Assembly (NCBI GenBank): GCA_030747595.1
Contig: JASLKK010000001.1
Coordinates: forward strand, 242,133 to 306,132
From: Acidimicrobiales bacterium
GTDB lineage: Bacteria > Actinomycetota > Acidimicrobiia > Acidimicrobiales > MedAcidi-G1
Direction of reading: 5' to 3'
Length of the DNA stretch: 64,000 bases
Part shown: piece after piece, positions 8,856 through 17,720 of the stretch
Layout of the letters: the number at the start of each line of letters is the position of its first letter
Position numbering within the stretch: position 1 is the first letter of the stretch
Translations under genes and position numbers: made by a program
Notes under the pieces: generated by a model
The model's input: only the letters and a program-made list of their open reading frames with translations
Databases searched by the model: none
Told to the model about the DNA's origin: nothing

Positions 8856-10000
8856 GCAGTGACCGGTCCGGACCGGCCCGGATCGCCGTCGACCTGCTGT
8901 GGCTGGTGCCCGGTGACGTCGGGGGGAGCGAGGAATACGCCGTGCGAACCCTGCTGGCCTACGCATCCCACGGACCGTCCGATCTGCGGCCCGTTGTCCA
9001 CCTGACCGGAGCGGCGGCCGAAGCCCACCCGGAACTGGGCCAGTTACTCGATGTCGAGACCTGCCCGGTGGACAACCGTCACCGGGGCCGCCGACTGCTG
9101 GCCGAGTCAACGTGGTTGGCTTCGCGAACCCGGCTACTGGACGCCGTCCACCACATGGGCGGCAGAATCCCCGCCCGGACAGGAGCGCCGGTGGCCGTCA
9201 CCGTCCACGACCTCCAACCCCTCGACCACCCGGAGCACTTCTCGGTGGCCAAGCGGGCCTACCTGGGTCGAGCGCTGCCCCGCTCGATCCGGCGGGCCGA
9301 CGTGGTGGTCGCCGTCTCGGATGGCGTCGCCCATCAGATCATGGACCGCTTCGCCATCCCGGCCGAGAGAGTGGCCGTGGTCTCGTCCGGGGTCGTGCCT
9401 GCCGTCGGGCTCCCGGTTCCGTCGGATCCACCGACCATCCTCTATCCGGCGGTCACCCACCCCCACAAGCGACACGTCCTACTCGTCGAGGCGTTCCATC
9501 TGCTGGCGGGTCGACACCCCACGGTCCGACTGGTACTCACCGGGGGACCAGGCCGAGCCGAGGGCGACGTTCGTAAGGCCATCGACGGCGGCCCCCACGC
9601 CGAGCGGATCGACCGGACCGGACGGATCCCCGCCGACCTCCTGGCCTCTCACCTCTCGGGTGCCTCGGTGGTGGCCTTCCCGTCTTCCTACGAGGGCTTC
9701 GGCCTCCCCGTGGTGGAGGCCATGGCGGCCGGAGTGCCCGTGCTCGTGTCGGATGGGACGCCGGCAGCGGACCTGGTGGGTGGTGGCTCGGTAGTGCCGG
9801 CGGTAGCCGGCCCCGACCAGTGGGCTAACGAGTTGGAGCGACTACTGGTCGACGATCACCACCGGCGAGCGCTGGTCGACGCTGGTCGACTGGGGGCCAC
9901 AACCCACACCTGGGAGGGGTCAGCGGATGCTCTGGAGCGGGCGTGGCGACTCCTGTTGGCCACGGCCCCGCCCGCCGCACGACGCGGGTCGGAGGCCTGA
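8852..10000 (+). CDS. Glycosyltransferase family 4 (GT-B)
   Basis: The ATG at 8852 overlaps the upstream stop (ATGA). Signature PSSYEGFGLPVVEAMAAGVPVLVSD. Confidence 0.85.
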   Translation: MSSDRSGPARIAVDLLWLVPGDVGGSEEYAVRTLLAYASHGPSDLRPVVHLTGAAAEAHPELGQLLDVETCPVDNRHRGRRLLAESTWLASRTRLLDAVHHMGGRIPARTGAPVAVTVHDLQPLDHPEHFSVAKRAYLGRALPRSIRRADVVVAVSDGVAHQIMDRFAIPAERVAVVSSGVVPAVGLPVPSDPPTILYPAVTHPHKRHVLLVEAFHLLAGRHPTVRLVLTGGPGRAEGDVRKAIDGGPHAERIDRTGRIPADLLASHLSGASVVAFPSSYEGFGLPVVEAMAAGVPVLVSDGTPAADLVGGGSVVPAVAGPDQWANELERLLVDDHHRRALVDAGRLGATTHTWEGSADALERAWRLLLATAPPAARRGSEA

Positions 10001-10002
10001 CG

Positions 10003-11250
10003 GTGCGACTTCTTGTCCTGACCCCGCACCTGCGGCCCGACTCGGCTCCCACCGGCGTGGTGGTTTCGGCCATCGTCGACGCCCTGACCGGTGCCGGCCA
10101 CGACGTCCACGTCGTCACCTCGCTGCCGTGGTACCGGGAGCACCGGGTGGAGGACCGGTGGCGTGGTCGACTGGTCCGGCGTGGCCACCACGGGACGGCG
10201 ACGGTGACCCGCCTCCATCCGTTCCCCACCGACAAGGGCAACCTCGTGGCCCGGGCCCTGGGGTTCATCGGACTGACCGGCCTGGCCACGGTGGCTGGCC
10301 TGGCTGCCCGAGGGCCGTTCGACGGGGTGATCGCCGTGTCGCCGCCGCTCACCTTCGGGGCCGCCGGATGGCTGCTGTCCCGTCGCCACCGCTGCCCGCT
10401 GGTATTCAACGTGCAAGACGTGTTCCCGGACGTGGCCGTCGAGGTGGGGGCCATCCGGTCGCCCCGAGCCATAGCGTTCTTCCGGTGGCTGGAGCGGGCC
10501 ACTTACCGGCGGGCCGACGCCGTCACCGTCCTGTCCGTCGACCTGGCGGCCAACGTCGCCCGGAAGATCGACGTGGCCGGTGGTACGGGCCGCCGCCCGG
10601 TGGTCCGAGTGGTGCCCAACTTCGTGGACACCGAGTCGATCCGGCCCGCCGACCGGATGACTCGTTACCGGGTCGAGCACGGGCTGGGCGACCGGACGGT
10701 CGTCATGTACGCCGGGAACCTCGGCCACTCCCAGTCGCTCGACCTCGTGGTGGCCGCCGCTGACTGCCACCGGGACCGCCACGACCTCGTCTACGTGGTG
10801 AATGGGGGAGGAGTCAGGGCCGACGACCTTCGGGCCGCCGCGGCCCAGCGGAAGAACCTGGTGGTGGTCGACTACCAGCCTGCCGACCGGGTGCCCGAGG
10901 TGCTGGCCAGTGCTGACCTCCACCTGGTGCCGTTGCGGGCCGGCCTGGGTGAGTCCAGCGTCCCGTCCAAGACCTACTCGGTCCTGGCCGCCGGGCGGCC
11001 GCTGATCGCCTCCATCGACGAGGATTCCGAGGTGGCCCGGGTGGTGGTCGAGGCGGGAGCCGGGCTGGCCGTGCCGCCCGACGACGTCGAGGCCCTCGTC
11101 GAGGCGGTGGAGGCGCTCGTCGCCGATCCGGAGCGCAGGACCCGGATGGGTGAGGCGGGCCGACGCTGGGCTAAGGCGTGGCGGTCGCCTGACCAGGTCG
11201 CCGTCACCTATGCCGAACTGGTGGCCGAACTGGGAGGCGCCGGGGCCTGA
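10003..11250 (+). CDS. Glycosyltransferase family 4, WcaI/WbuB-like
   Basis: The GTG at 10003 lies 2 nt after the upstream stop. N-terminus VRLLVLTPHLRPDSAPTG and C-terminal PSKTYSVLAAGRPLIAS, typical of the WcaI-type GT4 subgroup. Confidence 0.8.
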   Translation: MRLLVLTPHLRPDSAPTGVVVSAIVDALTGAGHDVHVVTSLPWYREHRVEDRWRGRLVRRGHHGTATVTRLHPFPTDKGNLVARALGFIGLTGLATVAGLAARGPFDGVIAVSPPLTFGAAGWLLSRRHRCPLVFNVQDVFPDVAVEVGAIRSPRAIAFFRWLERATYRRADAVTVLSVDLAANVARKIDVAGGTGRRPVVRVVPNFVDTESIRPADRMTRYRVEHGLGDRTVVMYAGNLGHSQSLDLVVAAADCHRDRHDLVYVVNGGGVRADDLRAAAAQRKNLVVVDYQPADRVPEVLASADLHLVPLRAGLGESSVPSKTYSVLAAGRPLIASIDEDSEVARVVVEAGAGLAVPPDDVEALVEAVEALVADPERRTRMGEAGRRWAKAWRSPDQVAVTYAELVAELGGAGA

Positions 11251-11972
11251 TGATCGGGGCCGGCGCGCCGCTAGCCTCGGCGCCCATGGCACGTGGAGAT
11301 TCAGCGAGCAAGGTCGCGCGCGCCGCCCGGGCAGGAGCTTCGGGTGGCACTGGTGAACGACGGAAGATCGGCTTTCCGGCAATGGTCGCCCTTGTCGTCG
11401 TCCTCGGGTCCCTCCTGGTCTTCTGGGCCCGGACCGACCGGGAGGCCACCTCGGCCCCGCGGGTCGGCGACCACTGGCACTCGGTGTACGACGTCTACGT
11501 CTGCGACACCTTCCGCTCCAAGATCGTGTTGGAGACCGATCCCAACGGCATCCACACCCACGGTGACGGCCTGCTCCATATCCACCCGTTCAACAAACTG
11601 GCCTCGGGTCGCGACGCCACGTTGGGCGAGTTCTTCTCGGCCTTCGGCGGCTCCATCGACGACCAGTCGTTCGTGCTGGACACCGGAGAGACGGTGGCCG
11701 AGGGCTTCGACTGCGGCGGCGAACCGGCCGTGTTGAAGGTGGCCCGCTTTGACGCCGACGACCTGGATCGCGACCCAGAGATCCTGACCGAGGACCTGGC
11801 TGGCATCCGGTTCCTCAAGGACCGTGAGGCGTTCACCATTGCCATGGTGCCCGAGTCGGTCGACCCTCCGGCGCCGCGGAGCGAACGCATGTCCTTCCTG
11901 GACCTCGTGAGCCCGGACAAACTGGCGTCGGATTCGCCGACGCTGGTTCCCACGACGACCGCCGCGGACTAG
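11250..11972 (+). CDS. Membrane-anchored His-rich protein of unknown function (DHWH / HTHGDGxxHIHPF motifs)
   Basis: 240-aa ORF whose ATG overlaps the upstream stop by 1 nt. One TM helix (FPAMVALVVVLGSLLVFWA) followed by GDHWHSVYDVYVCD and GIHTHGDGLLHIHPF. An internal start at MARGD (11286) is possible. Confidence 0.65.
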   Translation: MIGAGAPLASAPMARGDSASKVARAARAGASGGTGERRKIGFPAMVALVVVLGSLLVFWARTDREATSAPRVGDHWHSVYDVYVCDTFRSKIVLETDPNGIHTHGDGLLHIHPFNKLASGRDATLGEFFSAFGGSIDDQSFVLDTGETVAEGFDCGGEPAVLKVARFDADDLDRDPEILTEDLAGIRFLKDREAFTIAMVPESVDPPAPRSERMSFLDLVSPDKLASDSPTLVPTTTAAD

Positions 11973-11983
11973 CCGGTCGGGCC

Positions 11984-13018
11984 GTGCAGGCCGTCGTCCT
12001 CGTCGGGGGACTGGGTACCCGACTTCGTCCGCTCACCGCGGACACACCCAAGCAGATGCTGCCGGTCGTGGATCGACCCATGATCGAACACGTGGTGGCC
12101 CATCTAACCGGCCACGGGGTGACCCGGGTGGTGCTGTCGATGGGCTTTCATCCCGAGGCCTTCACCGATGCGTACCCGGATGGGACCTGTGTCGGGGTGC
12201 CGCTGCACTACGCCGTCGAACCCGAGCCTCTGGACACCGCCGGAGCGGTGCGGTTCGCCGCCGTCGCCGCCGGAATCGACGAGACCTTCCTGGTTCTGAA
12301 CGGTGACGTCCTGACCGACCTCGACGTCTCGACCATGGTCGCCGACCACCGGGCGTCGGGAGCGATGGGGACCATTGCGTTGACCGAGGTCGACGATCCC
12401 TCGCGTTACGGGGTGGTCACGGTCGCACCCGACGACGGTTCGGTCGAACTGGGGGACATGACCCACGGCCGGGTGACCGGCTTCGTCGAAAAGCCGCCCC
12501 GTGGCGAGGCACCCTCGAACTGGATAAACGCCGGCACTTACGTCCTTGAACCGGCAGTCCTCGACCGCATCGAAGCTGGTCGCCGGGTATCCATCGAACG
12601 GGAGGTCTTTCCTTCGCTGGCTGCCGAAGGGAGCCTCCGTGCGGTTTGCTCGGAGGCCTACTGGCTCGACACCGGAACGCCCGAGGCCTACCTCCAGGCC
12701 CAGACCGACCTGTTGGACGGGACCCGGGCCCGAATGGAACCGCTGGCCGCCACAGCCTCCGTGGCGGTGGACGCGGTAGTGGATCGTGCCGTGGTCATGT
12801 CCGGGGCCTGCGTGGGGTCCGGGGCGACCGTGTGTGATGCTGTCCTCATGGAGGGGGCGGTTGTCGAAGCCGGAGCGGTGGTCCGCCATTCGGTGCTTGG
12901 TCCCGGTGCACGGGTCGGACGTCGGGCAGAGGTCACCGGCTGGAGCCTGATCGGCCGTGGCCAGGTGGTCGGCGACGATGCGAGGGTCGACGGTTCGCGC
13001 ATCCCCGACGAGGGCTGA
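11984..13018 (+). CDS. manC: Sugar-1-phosphate nucleotidylyltransferase, mannose-1-phosphate guanylyltransferase-like
   Basis: N-terminus MQAVVLVGGLGTRLRPLTADTPKQMLPV is the nucleotidyltransferase signature. The C-terminus is a left-handed beta-helix-like repeat. The GDP-mannose assignment rests on context (gmd, manA and PMM lie nearby). Confidence 0.8.
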   Translation: MQAVVLVGGLGTRLRPLTADTPKQMLPVVDRPMIEHVVAHLTGHGVTRVVLSMGFHPEAFTDAYPDGTCVGVPLHYAVEPEPLDTAGAVRFAAVAAGIDETFLVLNGDVLTDLDVSTMVADHRASGAMGTIALTEVDDPSRYGVVTVAPDDGSVELGDMTHGRVTGFVEKPPRGEAPSNWINAGTYVLEPAVLDRIEAGRRVSIEREVFPSLAAEGSLRAVCSEAYWLDTGTPEAYLQAQTDLLDGTRARMEPLAATASVAVDAVVDRAVVMSGACVGSGATVCDAVLMEGAVVEAGAVVRHSVLGPGARVGRRAEVTGWSLIGRGQVVGDDARVDGSRIPDEG

Positions 13019-13021
13019 TCG

Positions 13022-14068
13022 GTGGCCGTGCTGGTCACCGGCGGGGCCGGCTACATCGGCAGCCACGCCGCTGTGGTGCTTCACGACGCCGGCCGCGACG
13101 TGGTCGTGCTGGATGACCTCTCCAACTCGTCGGTGGCAGCAGTCGAAGCACTGCGGGCACTGACTCGGCCCGACCTCCCGTTCATCCGTGCCGATGCGGC
13201 TGACGTGGATGCCGTCGGGCGTGCCATTGTCGACCACGGGATCGACGAAGTCGTCCACTTCGCTGCGTTCAAGTCGGTCAGCGGTTCGATTGCCGACCCG
13301 GACGGCTACCACCGCAACAATGTCGGCTCGACGGTCGGCGTCGTCGAAGCCATGCGTCGTAATGGCGTCTCCCGCATTGTCTTCTCGTCGTCGTGCACGG
13401 TCTACGGCGAACCGACCAGCCTGCCGGTCACCGAGGACTCTCTAATAGGCGCCTCCAACCCGTACGGCGCAACCAAGGTGGCCTGCGAGGAGTTGCTGGC
13501 CGCTGAGGCCGACGTCGGCGGGCTGGATGTCCTCCTGCTCCGGTACTTCAACCCGGTGGGCGCACACTCCAGTGGTGACCTGGGAGAGGACCCGCGTGGT
13601 ACGCCGGACAACCTCGTGCCCTACCTCATGCAGGTGGCAGTCGGCCGCCGGGAGCGCCTTTCCGTATTCGGCGACGACTACGACACGCCGGACGGTTCGG
13701 CCATTCGCGACTACATCCATGTTGTGGACTTGGCCGAGGGCCACCTGGCGGCCCTGGACGCGCTCGTCGGATCGGATGACGAAGATGTCCGGGGTCTGCC
13801 AGTCAGGTCAGCGGGCTGCCGGGCAGTCAACCTGGGAACCGGCACCGGCCATTCCGTGCTCGAGGTGCTTGCCGCCGCTGGTCGGGTCGTCGGCCGCCCG
13901 GTGCCCTACGAGGTCGTGGGTCGTCGCGACGGTGACATCGAGCGGATCTGGGCTGACCCGTCGCTGGCGGCGGACCTGCTGGGCTGGAGTGCTACACGCG
14001 ACCTCGACGAGATGCTGGCGGACCACTGGCGTTGGCAGCAGCGCCACCCCGACGGATACGACGCGTGA
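13022..14068 (+). CDS. galE: UDP-glucose 4-epimerase
   Basis: VLVTGGAGYIGSH, catalytic NPYGATKVACE (YxxxK), YFNPVGAH, and DGSAIRDYIHVVDLAEGH. Confidence 0.9.
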   Translation: MAVLVTGGAGYIGSHAAVVLHDAGRDVVVLDDLSNSSVAAVEALRALTRPDLPFIRADAADVDAVGRAIVDHGIDEVVHFAAFKSVSGSIADPDGYHRNNVGSTVGVVEAMRRNGVSRIVFSSSCTVYGEPTSLPVTEDSLIGASNPYGATKVACEELLAAEADVGGLDVLLLRYFNPVGAHSSGDLGEDPRGTPDNLVPYLMQVAVGRRERLSVFGDDYDTPDGSAIRDYIHVVDLAEGHLAALDALVGSDDEDVRGLPVRSAGCRAVNLGTGTGHSVLEVLAAAGRVVGRPVPYEVVGRRDGDIERIWADPSLAADLLGWSATRDLDEMLADHWRWQQRHPDGYDA

Positions 14069-14105
14069 TAGTGGACTTGTTCTTGACTGATCCATCGTCT
14101 TAGCG

Positions 14106-15920
14106 TTGGCGTACATGAGGCGACGGACTACCGGGCTGACACTTGGCCTTCTCGTTTCCCTACTGGTCGCTTGCGGTGGTGGCTCGGAGGTAGAAGGGCC
14201 GGCGATGGCCGAAGATCCGGTAGTCGCCTCTACTTCGGTGACTGCCACTCCTACGACTGGTTCCCAGTCGACAACTTCGGATGACGCCGCGTCTACCGCT
14301 ACTTCTTCCACCACGACCGAAGTCACGCCCACGGCTTCCACCGTTGCTGGCACTGCGACGACTGAGGCGCCTGTCACGACTGAGGCGCCTGCGACGACTG
14401 AGGCGCCTGTGACGACTGAGGCGCCTGCGACGACTGAGGCGCCCGTCAACGAAGAGGCAGGATCGTCAGTCGACCTGGACGAGCCGGCACAGGAGGAGAC
14501 TGCTTCGACGGTTGTTCCGCCAACAACAACGCATGGGTCAGTTCCGACTACCACCGCGGCATCGGAGCCACTCGGGTCCAGCGAAAGCGATCCCCAGTAC
14601 GTGGCGGCAATCGAGGCGTTCGTCGCAAATGCCGGCTCCGACTGGGGGTCTGCGCCCTACCTCGGTGACTGCATGATCCGCAGCGAACAACAACTGTTGG
14701 ATGCCTCGAAACAGCTAATCGTCGATAACGGCCTGCTCGGCTCACTGCCGCTCATTGGAGGTCTAGGCGGTGACGGAACCTCTTTCTTCATGGTCTGGGA
14801 GGAATGCCAGGCGGAAGCCGGAGAGCTCTTGGCGAGCGCCGCGAGCGCCACAGGGCCAACCGTGCCCTGCCAAGGTGCTCTGACAACCCTGCCGATTGAT
14901 CGCCAATCGCTCATGGGAGTCGTACCCCTCGGACACCTCAACCCGCCGGCCCACACCCAAACCACTGACCACGTCTACCTCTTGCTTCCGGGCTGGGCGG
15001 AACAGATCTCACCCACTGTGAATATCGTCGCCCCGGCCAATGGCACCGTCGTGAAATTGGCGAACTTCACCAGCGACCACACCGGTGTGACCTTCACGGA
15101 CTGGCAGGTCGAGATCAGTGTCTGTGCTGGGGGCGTTATCCGCTTTGGACACGTATCGACCATCTCTGACGATCTCCTAGCCCTCACGGAGGCCACGCCG
15201 ACCTCGTGTGAGACATATGGCTACGCGGGCTTCATGACCGAAGAATGCAAGTGGATGGATGAAATCGGCTACCCGTTGTCAGAAGGCGACCTGATCGGGA
15301 CGGCTGGCGGCCTCGATACACCGAACACGGGGCTTGATTTCTGGGCATATGACTGGGACGGCGAACTGCACTTCGCAATCGATCCGACGGCCCAACCAGA
15401 GGGCATCTTGCGTGCCCAGTGCCCTCTGGACTGGTTTGTAGACGACCTCAGGACCGAGCTCTACAGCCAGCGGATGGAACGAGGCATCATGGCGGACCAG
15501 GAGACTGGTTGCGGCAAGGTGTTCCAGGACGTGGTCGGGGCAGCCAAGGGCTTCTGGTACAGCACCGTGGAGGTCGATGGCAAGTGGCTCGACCACCTGG
15601 CCCTCGTGGACGACAACGTACGCAGCGACCATCAGGCTGTCTCGGTCGCTTCCATGGTGGCCGATCCCGGCTACTGGATCTTCCAGAAGCAGTCGACCGG
15701 GACCGTGAATCGTGACTTCGCCCAGGTGACAGCAGGGTCGGGGATCTACTGCTACGACACCTTTACCGCTGACTCCAACGGACCGGAGGGTGCCACCGAC
15801 CGGTTCCTCATCGAGGTGGTCGACGCCGACACGCTCCACATCGAGCATCAAGGCGGGAGTTGTGGATCATCGTTTTCGTTCAGCAGTCCACACGTGTACT
15901 CCCGATACGAAAAGAAATGA
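14106..15920 (+). CDS. Secreted lipoprotein with a Thr/Ala/Pro-rich repeat linker and a C-terminal domain with a degenerate M23/LytM-like pattern
   Basis: Signal peptide plus lipobox (LLVSLLVAC-GGGS). Five TTEAP(V/A) repeats. The C-terminal part contains VAPANGTVVKL ... IRFGHVSTIS ... LSEGDLIGTAGGLDTPNTGLDFWAY. The gene is visibly more A/T-rich than its neighbours. Confidence 0.75.
   Translation: MAYMRRRTTGLTLGLLVSLLVACGGGSEVEGPAMAEDPVVASTSVTATPTTGSQSTTSDDAASTATSSTTTEVTPTASTVAGTATTEAPVTTEAPATTEAPVTTEAPATTEAPVNEEAGSSVDLDEPAQEETASTVVPPTTTHGSVPTTTAASEPLGSSESDPQYVAAIEAFVANAGSDWGSAPYLGDCMIRSEQQLLDASKQLIVDNGLLGSLPLIGGLGGDGTSFFMVWEECQAEAGELLASAASATGPTVPCQGALTTLPIDRQSLMGVVPLGHLNPPAHTQTTDHVYLLLPGWAEQISPTVNIVAPANGTVVKLANFTSDHTGVTFTDWQVEISVCAGGVIRFGHVSTISDDLLALTEATPTSCETYGYAGFMTEECKWMDEIGYPLSEGDLIGTAGGLDTPNTGLDFWAYDWDGELHFAIDPTAQPEGILRAQCPLDWFVDDLRTELYSQRMERGIMADQETGCGKVFQDVVGAAKGFWYSTVEVDGKWLDHLALVDDNVRSDHQAVSVASMVADPGYWIFQKQSTGTVNRDFAQVTAGSGIYCYDTFTADSNGPEGATDRFLIEVVDADTLHIEHQGGSCGSSFSFSSPHVYSRYEKK
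14358..14447 (+). repeat. In-frame 18-bp tandem repeat x5 (acgactgaggcgcctgNN, encoding TTEAPV/TTEAPA)
   Basis: Five consecutive near-identical 18-mers read directly from the sequence. They differ only in the last codon, plus one t-to-c change in unit 5. Confidence 0.95.
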
Positions 15921-16011
15921 TGATGGGCCGGTAAGAACCAACCGGATCTCCGGTCCAACCGATTTCAGTCCCGACAGTTTGGTGCCAGAGGCGCCTAAAG
16001 GTCTGCCTCGG

Positions 16012-16722
16012 CTAGCGGAACAGGTCCTCGTCGGGGGATCGGACCACGTCGTCGACAACGCTCCCGTCGCCGAACCACGCCGGGTCCACACCGCGCACCA
16101 CGGCCACCGGGATCCCGTAGGCCTTACCCATGACGAGTTCGGCGGCCGCCGCAATCTCGTCCACCACAGCCACCTCCGTCACCTGTAGCTCTCGGCCCAG
16201 CGCATCGGTGGTGCCCCGCAGGTCGACCACAGGACGCAGGCCCGCACACCCGATTGCCACGTCGGTCACTCCGCGCCGCCATGTTCGTCCGAAGGTGTCG
16301 CTGACCACCACGGCCACGTCGACACCGAAGCGGTGGATCAGGGCATCGCGGATCCGTCGGGCCGACCGGTCCGAATCCACGGGAAGCAAAGCGGCCTGCC
16401 CGGCCTCCACGTTGGAGAGGTCGATTCCGGCGTTGGCGCATACGAACCCGTGCGTGGTCTCGCTGATGATCAGGTCGCCCCGACGTCGCAGCACCCGGAC
16501 CGATTCACGCTCCACCAGCGGCTTGTGCCCGACCTCAGGATCCACGTCGACGAGGCGGTCCTCGGCCTTGGAGACCACCTTCTGGGTCACCACCAGCACG
16601 TCACCGTCCAGCAACCCGCCGCCGGCCAGATCGGCGGCTTCGGCGATGATGGCCGCAAGGTCGTCACCGGGTCCGATCTCGCCGATGCCGGTCACCGGGA
16701 TAATGGACAGCGGGCCGCTCAT
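16012..16722 (-). CDS. cofE: Coenzyme F420-0:L-glutamate ligase, single-domain CofE type
   Basis: Start set at the ATG at 16722-16720 (MSGPLSIIPVTGIGEI), which overlaps the cofD stop (ATGA). Contains GDVLVVTQKVVSKAE and ISETTHGFVCANAGID. Length is about 236 aa, with no C-terminal nitroreductase-like extension. Confidence 0.85.
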   Translation of the reverse strand: MSGPLSIIPVTGIGEIGPGDDLAAIIAEAADLAGGGLLDGDVLVVTQKVVSKAEDRLVDVDPEVGHKPLVERESVRVLRRRGDLIISETTHGFVCANAGIDLSNVEAGQAALLPVDSDRSARRIRDALIHRFGVDVAVVVSDTFGRTWRRGVTDVAIGCAGLRPVVDLRGTTDALGRELQVTEVAVVDEIAAAAELVMGKAYGIPVAVVRGVDPAWFGDGSVVDDVVRSPDEDLFR

Positions 16723-17702
16723 CGGGGTTGCCTCGCCGGGGATTCCGCCGGCCGGTCCAGCGAGAGCAGCGTCCGGCAGAGGTCGGTGGCCACGCCGACG
16801 TCGGTCATGACCGTCGGAGTGACCATGCACCGCATCCCCTCGGCTTCCACGGCGTCGACCAGTTCGCCATCCGCGGAGTCCACCACCAGGGTGGAGGCGA
16901 AGTCGCGGTAGAGGCGGGCCACGCCGACCACCGTTGGTTCATGGCCGAGCTCGCGCAGCATGCGTTCGGCGGGTCCCTTCAGCGCCGAGCCGGCCACGAT
17001 GGGCGACACGGCGACCACATCGTTCCGCCGGGCGGCCAGGGCCTTCGCGACGCCGGGCACGGCGACGACCGGGCCGATGGACACGATCGGGTTGGACGGT
17101 GCCACGACCACCGTGTCGGCCGACGTGATGGCGTCCAGCACGCCAGGTGCCGGTCGGGCCGCGTTGATGCCGTCGAACCGGACGCCCGATATGGGCACGT
17201 CGTGGCGGAGGCCCACGAAGTAGTCCTGGAAGCCGATCTCCATCTCGGTAGCCCCGTCTGTGGGAACCCCGTTAGAGGAGAGGGTCACCATGGTGGCCAC
17301 CCGGTCCTCGGTCATGGGAAGCAGGCGGGCGTTGATGCCGAACGCCCGCGTGATCTCGGCGGTCACCTCGGTGAGGCCTGCCCCGTCGGCTAGTCGACCG
17401 GTTCGGTGGAGGTGGGTTCCCAGGTCACGGTCGCCGAGGCGGAACCACGCCGCCCCGCCGAGCCGCTCCAGGGCCTCCATGGCCTGCCACGTCTCACCGA
17501 CCAGACCCCAGCCGGTCTCGGGGTTCACCGCTTCAGCCAGGGTGTAGGTCACGGTGTCGAGGTCGGGTGAGATCGACAGTCCGTGGAGTACCAGGTCGTC
17601 GGCCGTGTTGACGATCGCCGTGACCTCGTGGGCCGGCACGGCGCGGATCATGCCGCGCAGTAGGCGGGCCGCGCCCACCCCACCGGCCAGGACGGTGATC
17701 AC
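16719..17702 (-). CDS. cofD: 2-phospho-L-lactate (or EPPG) transferase for F420 biosynthesis
   Basis: MITVLAGGVGAARLLRG, and DRDLGTHLHRT, typical of CofD/FbiA. Confidence 0.88.
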   Translation of the reverse strand: MITVLAGGVGAARLLRGMIRAVPAHEVTAIVNTADDLVLHGLSISPDLDTVTYTLAEAVNPETGWGLVGETWQAMEALERLGGAAWFRLGDRDLGTHLHRTGRLADGAGLTEVTAEITRAFGINARLLPMTEDRVATMVTLSSNGVPTDGATEMEIGFQDYFVGLRHDVPISGVRFDGINAARPAPGVLDAITSADTVVVAPSNPIVSIGPVVAVPGVAKALAARRNDVVAVSPIVAGSALKGPAERMLRELGHEPTVVGVARLYRDFASTLVVDSADGELVDAVEAEGMRCMVTPTVMTDVGVATDLCRTLLSLDRPAESPARQPR

Positions 17703-17720
17703 CTGTTCAGAACCATCAGT

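Noticed and set aside
9856-11382. 508-aa minus-strand ORF antisense to the second and third GT4 genes. The same class includes 12104-13312 (-, 402 aa), 21430-23040 (-, 536 aa), 20823-21737 (-), 34175-35275 (-, 366 aa), 62080-63354 (-, 424 aa), 26219-27277 (+, 352 aa) and 17820-18638 (+).
   Set aside because: All of them overlap, on the opposite strand or in another frame, genes with clear family motifs. Their products are Arg/Pro/Gly/Ser/Thr-rich low-complexity strings with no recognisable motif. Long spurious open frames of this kind are expected at this GC content.
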